In this document: in pieces, positions 56,011 through 64,000 of the stretch
Layout of the letters: each line of letters begins with the position of its first letter
Numbering within the stretch: position 1 is the first letter of the stretch
Assembly (NCBI GenBank): GCA_946965045.2
Contig: OX337238.1
Coordinates: 1,364,001 to 1,428,000 of the forward strand
Length of the DNA: 64,000 nucleotides
Origin: Epithemia pelagica
Taxonomy: Eukaryota > Protista > Bacillariophyta
Direction of reading: 5' to 3'
The notes under the pieces: model-generated
Seen by the model: the letters and a program-made list of their open reading frames with translations, nothing else
Databases searched by the model: none
What the model was told of the DNA's origin: nothing
Translations under genes and position numbers: made by a program

Positions 56011-56984
56011 TTTCCCTTTAACTCCTGACCTCCCTCTCAATCTCACCAATAATGGCCTTGAAACTCCTCCCAGCTAAAAGCTAAAGGTATAAGGTGGAAT
56101 TCGAACTTCGAACCCCAGGAACGTACGTCATTCCCTTCCTCCAAGTCTAGGCACTGTGGTCAACGAGTTTTGTGTTGTGAGAATGATTCACCTGTGGTGA
56201 GAAACCAAACAACAACAACTGTGCGAGTTCCTGGAATGGTATCATGACCAACGCGCATGTCAAACGCTGAACCGAAAACGCCACCACGTAGAAGGTCTAA
56301 CGCAGTGGGATACTTGGTTGGTCATGAGAACTACCAGCACACGTCTCGATGGCATGTCATGGAGCGATTCATCGTCCAGTTACGTTCATCGATGGTCCTC
56401 TCCGGGGAGAAACCATTGCTGCGCAAGGGTACCAACTGATTTGGAGGATGCCATTGTCGTACCAAAACTACATTTGGTGTGGAGACGTGTAGTGCGCGCA
56501 AGCCGATGGAGCTCACGCAGAAGCGTAGTTGGACATGCCTCTGTTGTATTCGACCGAGGGCAGTTCCGCTACCGTGGTGCATGTCTCTCTCGTTTGCCCT
56601 TGCACGGGCATAGAGGTGGACGGCGATACATGGTTTTCACGGTTTGTGGAGGACACACAATGTGAAGAGTCGAATACGATTTCACTCTTGTGGGGAAAAT
56701 TCCCTTGAGCAGAGTGGTCCTTCTACTACAGTAGAGCAAGTCGAGAAGTGTTGGGAACAAAGCGTACCCTTTCACCACGAGACTCGGGTCATAGGTTATC
56801 AAGGTAGGTAGTTGATTCCTAGTTGAGAGCCAACAATTTTCCACCTCCCAATTGGTCGAGCAAATCCACAGATCCTCGATTGAATATAAAATGTCCTTTC
56901 CAAAGACCGAATCTGGTATCATGTGTCGCTCACAGTTTCAGTACACAGCAAATAGGGAGTACACAGCAACCTGGAATGCTACCT
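56011..56984. repeat. Unclassified repeat R, copy 2
   Basis: Colinear with 13936-14875, with many substitutions and small indels. Confidence 0.8.
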
Positions 56985-57198
56985 CTCTTCCTCTTTCGTT
57001 TTGCCACGCAGTCTCGTCGTGTATCGCCTACAGCGAAAGATACTTCTTGGGGCTTGTCATGTAGTCTATGTGCGATTGACTCACCTGCACCATCGTACGC
57101 ATGACAGGCACACCTTGCTCTTCCACGCGTTGCTGTCTATTAGATTGTACAGACTCTCTCGTGCTGCCATTTCTTGTCGACGTTGTAAAGCGCCGTGA

Positions 57199-58420
57199 CC
57201 ATGCCCACGACATTGAAAGACCAAGCATGGCAGTCGGGCCTTGTCCTGTTGAACGAGACACCAGAGTGAAATCTAAATGACTGGACTCCTCTTGTGGGTG
57301 GATGGCGTTTGCGTCATGCTTCTGTCGTACATGATCATCCTGATCAGGACATGAACAACCACAACAACAACAACAAGAGACAAACGGTCGTCGTGTTGGG
57401 AGGAATCGACGAAGGATATTATAGTACCAATTCCGTTCTGGTCCTAAATTTATCAGAATTGGACAAACAGTGGCGAGAAGGGCCACCAATAAACAAGGCA
57501 CGTTGTGGACACGCCGCTGTTGTGTGCAACGGAGGCGTCTACGTGATAGGAGGATACCATGACAATGAAGACAATGACGCAACTGCTACTTTAGGTTTCA
57601 TGGAAAGAATTGATGCCAACGATATGCTGCAATCATTTTCGACAACAAGAAGCACATATGAGAGCCATTGAACGACATTAAATTGCCGATTATCAACGGA
57701 ACGACAAGGATGTTGTGCTGTTGTGGTTCACAATCGATATATTGTGGTAATGGGTGGAAGGAACAGCGGGCAACACTTATGGTCGGTGGATATAATTGAT
57801 GCCAGTACTCACACTGTCGCTGCAGCGCCATGCATGAACGTTACTCGATCAAATTTTGCCAGTGCGGTCATTGGTCACTGTATCTTAGTCGCTGGAGGCC
57901 AAAACGATGAGGGAAGACATGATTCCGTGGAGTATTTGGACTTCGCGGAGGAGAGGAAAGACGACACTTTGACTACAGTCATTTCCTTCTCGTCAACATG
58001 GATGACTCATTGCTCTCCATTGCACAAGGGTGTTGTGGAATGGTTGCCGTGGGATCTTGTCTGGTTGTGGCGGGAGTAGAATCTCGAAGGGTGCAAGTCT
58101 TGGATACGCACCGCAACCGCATGTGGAATCTCCCGCGATTAAGAAATGATGCTCTAAGCCGTGGTATGGTGGCTGCTGTTGATCGAATTGCCGTGATTGG
58201 TGGATGGGGCTATCCGTCCTGTGGGACATTACCACTTATGGATAGGAATTCGTGGTGTTTTCGTCAACTCTGTCAGCAGCAACCCAGCGGATGGTATCAT
58301 TTTCGGGAAGGAATGGATACCCAACATGGTGATATTTTACCCTTGTCCAAATCGACCTCAGCTCGTAAACGCGCAAGGCCCAATACGCTCCGTGGTGATG
58401 AAGGGAAGGATGAAGCCTAG
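57199..58420 (+). pseudogene. Kelch-repeat protein pseudogene
   Basis: Kelch units VVLGG..W..GPPINKARCGHAAVVCNGGVYVIGG, YIVVMGG, RSNFASAVIGHCILVAGG. In-frame TGA at 57669 and a frameshift near 58010. Confidence 0.8.
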
Positions 58421-58485
58421 ACGTTTTGTTTAAGTCGTTGACTTGTTTTCAATGTTTGATTGCAATCGTAGAACCTAGTAAGTGG

Positions 58486-59518
58486 CTACTCAAAAGAAGA
58501 AAGAACACGTTGCAAGATAGAATGTATTTGTTTGTTATCAAAGGCGTGGAAGGAATGACCCAGCTTTGTGTGTCTACAAGTGGTACTGCGCTTTGGTGGC
58601 CTTACCTGTGGTGACCTGACAGTTGTGGGACAGAGCCACCACCGTGGTGGTGCGGGTCGTGAGACAAGAATCGGGGGCGTTGTGGTGGCACTTTGCAGGA
58701 CAAAGTCATTGTCCAAACACAGAGTCATTGTCCATGGATCGGTAGACGCCAGAATCCGACAGTGGTGGTGAATTCCAGAAAGGAAGAGTTTTGTATAAAT
58801 GTCGTAGTCAAGGACAATCCGCCATTTTGTGTCCATTACGATTTTGCAGGAGTGCCGAGTTCTATTCTTGTTCGTGACAGGGCAGTTCCATACCTGTTTC
58901 TAGACATGGTGGTTGCTAGGATTGTCATGGGGGTTCCGTCCTGTCGTTTCTTGGTGGCATGTGATGCTGCTGCTACGACACAAGTTTTGCTGTTGACCAC
59001 GACCAATCATCTGTCATACCACCCAAACAATATATACTGGAAGACGGCGGAGGAAGACACTCCGCAGTGGTCGGTAGCGGTAGTATTGGTGGACTTTGTG
59101 TCTACTGGGTTAAGTCAGAACTTCTTTCCGCCACATATGGGTGGGGCGACGCCAATGCGGAACCGGGGGAATATTGTGGTGGGGGATAGGTGGTCCCGGT
59201 CGCTTTGGCAAAGCAGTCCCATTTCGCATCATCCTTCACAATGGCATTCCAGTCCAAGCGGGGAAAGGATTTGGTCATGTACTCTTTGATTTCCGGTCCC
59301 GTGGTGAGGGACCAGATTTTGTGATTGGGTCGCGTAATGATATTGGCCGGTCGAATCAAAGTGGGATCCTTGACGTGCAAGAGTCCCAAACTCAACCCTT
59401 GGTCGCCGGTATTGACGGATCGAAATCGAATGACAGAGGTCATAAGTATTAATCGAGCATTATACATTATATGCATGGAATACTGAATTCTGTGACGCCG
59501 CAGAGTGTGTTGGCGCAA
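58486..59518 (-). pseudogene. Degraded fragment, possibly of an FAD-dependent monooxygenase (kynurenine 3-monooxygenase-like)
   Basis: LSLGLLHV..IITRPNH.IW..FPRLDW..WDCFAKATGTTYPPPQYSPG recalls algal KMO-like proteins from memory only. The downstream sequence is broken by stops. Confidence 0.35.
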
Positions 59519-59782
59519 GTAGCAAAGGTTTTTCTTTCAATTACGAGTATCATACAAGATAACGAATTGAAGATGCCTTCTTCAAGAATGCTGCACTGCG
59601 GAATGGTACTCCTAGATATAAAACTAATAGTAGCAACAGAACCCAATCCAACTACTCTAGTGGCACTATTGCATCTAGCATATCCCCCCTTGCCAATACA
59701 TGTTCCGAGTCGACGGGTCGATTTCCCCCGTTTCCGTCAGGATGGGTTTGTTGGGTTCTACCCATCAAAGATTTTTCAAGAA

Positions 59783-62152
59783 TCATGCAGTGTTGAGAAT
59801 TGAACCGGCCGTCTTCAAAAATTTTGCACTGCGCTCATTCCGGACGGTCAAGTTCAAGGCTCTCAACGATTTCATGGTTTGCTCGCGACGATCTAAAAAG
59901 CACGTAGTATCAGGGTTTCGCTCATAGAACCCTTGCCAAGGAATCGGCACACCTGTGCTCAAGGCACAAATGGTAAACAGCAATGATGCGGTATCGTGTT
60001 TCGGCATGGGACGCCAAGCCGTCCTGTTCCGCTTTTGGTGCACTTCTCGATGGGCAAATGCAAGGCTGCCTCGAAAACCCATGGCTTTTTCACCAACCCC
60101 ATAAACTGAGCAACCCCAGTCAATGAGGACAAACTTTTTACATTTTTTGTCAAAAATGATGTTTCGAGCACAGACATCCAAATGGAAGACATTCCGTCCA
60201 TGCGCAAAGTCCAAAGCAGACTGGATATCTGTGTATAGGCACTGCAGTTGCTCCTTATCAAGCTTGCCGTTCACGAGGGATCCTTTTGGTGAGAACGTGA
60301 AGGCAGGGACGTTGATCGTAGTTCCTCGAATCGTGTAGCAGATGCTTCCGAAGTCTTTAAGCACTGGAATCGACGGTCGATCGGAGTCAGGTTTTTCGTT
60401 AAGAGCCCTCAGAGCTCTCAGCTCCCTTTCGATGTATTGAACCTCCCCCACGACGGAAGATTTCACTACGAAGTTCTCATTTTTTGTTCCTCTGTTTTCC
60501 ACCTCCTTTCCTTGGTACACAATCCCATGCGTTCCGTATCCAATGACATCATGAAGTTCTAGCGGCTGTACCTGTGCAACATGTGTAGATTGATTGTGCA
60601 CATGGTAGGTGGCATTTGCTGCCGAGTCTCCACCGAAGAACTGCAACCCAAGAACTTTGTCGTCTGAACAAACCAGTCTGAACAGCTCCTGCATCCCGAC
60701 CGGCACAGACGTATTGTTGGCAGGAAAAGGACAAGAGGCATTTCTCGTTAGATATTTTTGGTCGCCCTCTTTTGTGACAAACTTCTTCAAGGCAACTTCC
60801 GAAACCAAGGGGAGAATTCCAGATCGCTCGACATCCAGGGACACGTCGCCGGTGTCCATTCCTGACAAGGTCATTGTTATCACCTCCAAATAAACCGGAG
60901 TGATAGCCAGAGCAATGGACTTGAGATTAATACCCACTCCACCAAGATTGAAGGCAACAAGAGTCCGCTTCGCCAGATGACCTACGCATTGATGAATGGC
61001 CTCCTTATGTGTGTCTTGGGGTTTTTTCGTCCCGCGTCTAACGTTTTTGGCTTCCACAAGTAATGACATTTCATGAGCAAGAAGATAAGGATTGAAAGCC
61101 ATGAGCTGATTGACTTCATAGTCCACAAATCGCTTGGTACCATAACTACCCGTTTTTGGAATATAGCGCTCCTTTCGCACATCGGATCGAACCGCCGGCT
61201 CCAATGTGTATTTGACACGCTCCTGTTGCCATGCCGGCACCGCTGCTGCTGGCACCGCGACATCCTGCTCGATTCCGTCTTCCTCGTCCGCCGTTTTCTC
61301 GGCAGTGCCGATGAGTGACAAGGCTCGAAACAGACACGCTAGGATAGGCTGTACCGCATTCTTCTCCGCTGATGAGTAGGATGGAAACGTGCATTTGCAT
61401 TTCTTGTCTGCCGCCTGAGTGTTCCATCCGAGAATGTGGCTGACAGTCCTGCTGATTTGTGCGCTTGTTGGGTTCTCGTTGATATTTGACTGTTTCATGG
61501 TGTCATTCCAAAAGGAGGCAAACTTAAGCAAATTTGCAGGTTGCGTGTCTTGTTTCGGAGGGGCTTTAACAGCGGCGAGATGTTTTTCGGCCATCTGTTG
61601 TTTACTGCCAGGGCTGTTGATGTGAACACCCCTCATCATGTACTCAAAATGCTCTTTGGTGCAGTCATCCTCGGTTGCAATGACGGCTGAGTTTATCTCT
61701 GTTTTGTTTGCAAAATCAGCCATGGTCTTGAGGTCGTCGCTCACTCCTGAGAACTTCTTCATGGTCGTTTCTAGTGGCTCGGCAACGTCGTTAAACAGAA
61801 AAAGATGTAAAGCCCAATAATCAGGGTAACCATCATCACTTGAAAAACTTTGCAACTTTTGGATATGCAAATTGGGGAACCGAGCTTTTAGACTGTTTAG
61901 ATTTCTCCCCGAGAGGAACTCCTCGAGACTTGTTCTTTGTCCTTCGTCCACCTCGTTTCGTCCAGATGCAAGTCCAAAAACCACGCGAAGGTGAAGGCGG
62001 ACTTCCGCATATATGTTTTGTATTTCAGTGATTGTTGTTTCTTTTGCATGGAAGGTACGCAAGTGGCGTGTCACAGAATCCATGTCCGAGTATTCTTCGC
62101 GATCCCCGAGATGATCTTTCTTGCGCTTTCTGGTACGACGGAAACTTGCCAT
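59783..62152 (-). CDS. 789-aa protein with a PD-(D/E)xK-like segment and a C-terminal protein kinase domain (Crinkler/CR-effector-like architecture)
   Basis: Kinase motifs IGYGTHGIVY, FVVKS, HLDVCARN, LIDWG, GFRGSLAF. Upstream FVDYE..LLVEAKNV..AIHQC resembles a restriction-endonuclease-like fold. Intact and intronless. Confidence 0.72.
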   Translation of the reverse strand: MASFRRTRKRKKDHLGDREEYSDMDSVTRHLRTFHAKETTITEIQNIYAEVRLHLRVVFGLASGRNEVDEGQRTSLEEFLSGRNLNSLKARFPNLHIQKLQSFSSDDGYPDYWALHLFLFNDVAEPLETTMKKFSGVSDDLKTMADFANKTEINSAVIATEDDCTKEHFEYMMRGVHINSPGSKQQMAEKHLAAVKAPPKQDTQPANLLKFASFWNDTMKQSNINENPTSAQISRTVSHILGWNTQAADKKCKCTFPSYSSAEKNAVQPILACLFRALSLIGTAEKTADEEDGIEQDVAVPAAAVPAWQQERVKYTLEPAVRSDVRKERYIPKTGSYGTKRFVDYEVNQLMAFNPYLLAHEMSLLVEAKNVRRGTKKPQDTHKEAIHQCVGHLAKRTLVAFNLGGVGINLKSIALAITPVYLEVITMTLSGMDTGDVSLDVERSGILPLVSEVALKKFVTKEGDQKYLTRNASCPFPANNTSVPVGMQELFRLVCSDDKVLGLQFFGGDSAANATYHVHNQSTHVAQVQPLELHDVIGYGTHGIVYQGKEVENRGTKNENFVVKSSVVGEVQYIERELRALRALNEKPDSDRPSIPVLKDFGSICYTIRGTTINVPAFTFSPKGSLVNGKLDKEQLQCLYTDIQSALDFAHGRNVFHLDVCARNIIFDKKCKKFVLIDWGCSVYGVGEKAMGFRGSLAFAHREVHQKRNRTAWRPMPKHDTASLLFTICALSTGVPIPWQGFYERNPDTTCFLDRREQTMKSLRALNLTVRNERSAKFLKTAGSILNTA

Positions 62153-63097
62153 TGTTGCTCTCGTGTCCTGACCAATCTGCTGTGTCGTTTATGACAACCC
62201 AACGCCACCACCCAACCCCCCCAACTAGTCCACCCCCAACTCCTCCACCCCCCAAATAAATCTTGGTGTCTTCTCCGTTGCGCTCGTCGTTCGCCGTCGT
62301 TCGTGGGTAGAGGTACCCCCTAGCATAAGGGGGTCTCCAGGTTAATCGTACTCAGATTACACCCATACCCATTCACGAGCAGGACTCACGCCTCTGCTAG
62401 GGGTAATGGCATGGCCGGCGTGGTGGTTGACACGCGTCGTCGTGATGATATGGAGTGTGTGGGCAGGTGCGTGCACCCGGGATTCCCTGATACGACTCCA
62501 ATTCAGGAATACAACGTCACCCAGACCCGGGTTTTTCTTTCATGTTCGACGAGAAATTCTATCGGAGCTCTAGCTAACCTTACGCCTCATCCCAGCTCTA
62601 GAGCAATATCCTCCGAAACTCTATCTGGCACTCTCTATTCTACCTCCATACTTACCCCCAAGCGGAAGGGCGAGCGAGAATTCAGTGCGCATTCTCATAC
62701 TCACCCCCAAGGCGCGATCCGCAAAATCGGCGATTTTCGCCGTCTTTGACAAAAAATCACAACAACAACAACGCAATCACTACGATACGGATCTTGTTGC
62801 GGTTGTTACAACACCCATGGGCCCTCCCCATCCGACCCGAGTTGTTTGCCCTGTCCATAGCAACCCAAGGGACCATCCTGGCGTGGAAACCGACCACTCC
62901 GACCTGCTGATTCCAGTTACATCTCAGTACCAAGACACTGCAATGGGAAGCAACAACAACCCGAATGAAAACCATCCATCCGACACCCTCCCAATCCCAC
63001 CCGTGTTGTTGATACTATCTCTACCCACCTCATGGACCGTCCTGGCCTGGAAACCAACCCGTCGGCGCTACACGAGGCCATCAACTCCGCTTTCCGT

Positions 63098-63179
63098 TGT
63101 TAGGATTCTCACCAAAAACTAGGTGGCGAAACCTAAGGTACAACTCTCATCGAATGATGCTAGTATTTTATGGCATCCG
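63098..63179 (+). mobile_element. 5' fragment (~80 bp) of the CoDi-like LTR
   Basis: TGTTAGGATTCTCACC.AAAACTAGGTGGCGAAACCTA..CATCGAATGATGCTAGTATTTTATGGCATC matches 34359-34431 with small indels. Confidence 0.85.
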
Positions 63180-63480
63180 TGTTAGAATTCTCACCGTCTA
63201 TGGTGGTTAGATTCTACATCTCATCGATTCCCCATGTCACATAGCCTCATGCTATCGCATCATGCCATCTAGCTTCGAGCTATGTTCCCTAGCTTCGCGC
63301 TATATCGACCTATATTTCTTCGCAAATCATGAAAAGTAAGAATAGATTGACGAACTCACTCTCAAGACTAAACTGGGTCGTGCGGTATTACAACGGACGT
63401 AAATTTGGCCGTTGCTCGGACATTATACTAACGCCCTAAGCGTACGCGCCCGAAATCATCGAGCGCGCCCAAGCGACATC
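63180..63480 (+). mobile_element. Truncated LTR of a related copia family
   Basis: Starts TGTTAGAATTCTCACC and shares TAAATTTGGCC and CGCGCCC motifs with the CoDi-like LTR, but is otherwise divergent. Confidence 0.55.
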
Positions 63481-63482
63481 CG

Positions 63483-63868
63483 ATGGCCTTGATACTACTC
63501 CCAGCTAAAAGCTAAAGGTATAAGGTGGAATTCAAACTTCGAACCCCAGGAACGTACGTCATTCCCTTCCTCCAAGTCTAGGCACTGTGGTCAACGAGTT
63601 TTGTGTTGTGAGAATGATTCACCTGTGGTGAGAAACCAAACAACAACGACTGTGCGAGTTCCTGGAATGGTATCATGACCAACGCGCATGTCAAACGCTG
63701 AACCGAAAACGCCACCACGTAGAAGGTCTAACGCAGTGGGATACTTGGTTGGTCATGAGAACTACCAGCACACGTCTCGATGGCATGTCATGGAGCGATT
63801 CATCGTCCAGTTACGTTCATCGATGGTCCTCTCCGGGGAGAAACCATTGCTGCGCAAGGGTACCAACT
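63483..63868. repeat. Unclassified repeat R, partial copy 3
   Basis: Near-identical to ~56053-56436. Confidence 0.85.
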
Positions 63869-64000
63869 TAGTAGAATTCCGTCAGTACACGCTCTAGAAG
63901 AGCCACAATCGATTACCAACTGATACCAAGGTTCTCCACGGGTCAGAGAACAAAGGAAACCCAAGGGTTCTATCGTAGGGATAGTCAGGACACTGAAGAC

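Larger units (their letters stand above)
19544..56984 (+). repeat. Tandem segmental duplication / haplotype copy B, expanded by insertions
   Basis: Host segments 19544-20566, 22175-25734, 32025-34358, 42522-43153 and 55747-56984 match copy A in order. Confidence 0.9.

Noticed and set aside
16492-57671. Alternative genetic code with UGA = Trp, suggested by in-frame TGAs at 16492, 27776, 50754 and 57669
   Set aside because: TGG is used abundantly for Trp in intact genes, and TGA ends the Harbinger accessory and kinase ORFs. Readthrough at the gag/pol junctions and TGG>TGA decay in pseudogenes explain the cases.
63869-64000. Start of another insertion interrupting repeat R copy 3
   Set aside because: Only ~130 bp is visible before the window ends, with no diagnostic terminus.
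1-64000. rRNA, tRNA or other structured RNA genes
   Set aside because: None recognised by eye; a tRNAscan-SE or Infernal run would be needed to exclude them.

Overview
Eukaryotic nuclear DNA, most likely from a diatom (inferred from short GT-AG introns, CoDi-type Ty1/copia elements and RXL-containing secreted proteins). The window is mostly one host block present twice in tandem. The block is a sulfotransferase-like gene, a lipase maturation factor gene and a Lys/Ser-rich secreted protein gene. Copy A spans ~2231-14875 and copy B ~19544-56984. Each copy carries different transposon insertions, so the other copy shows the empty site and fixes the boundaries and target-site duplications (TSDs). 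Copy A holds a complete PIF/Harbinger element (9782-13191) and ends in a truncated, decayed copia (14876-19543). Copy B holds a copia with non-TG..CA LTR ends (25735-32024), a 381-bp insertion, a CoDi-like copia with 759-bp LTRs (34359-42521) and a 12.6-kb hAT transposon (43154-55746; perfect 16-bp TIRs, 8-bp TSD). The hAT element is the most striking feature. Besides its transposase it carries a spliced tyrosine-recombinase-like gene, an intact endonuclease III/NTH1-like HhH-GPD DNA glycosylase gene lacking the Fe-S motif, and a small ORF with tandem SUMO-interacting-like motifs. The right end holds a Kelch pseudogene, a possible monooxygenase relic, a nuclease-like plus kinase gene and LTR fragments. 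No rRNA, tRNA or CRISPR array was recognised. The tandem duplication could be two haplotypes joined by the assembler, and some single-base frameshifts could be sequencing errors. All family calls come from motif recognition by eye, not database searches.
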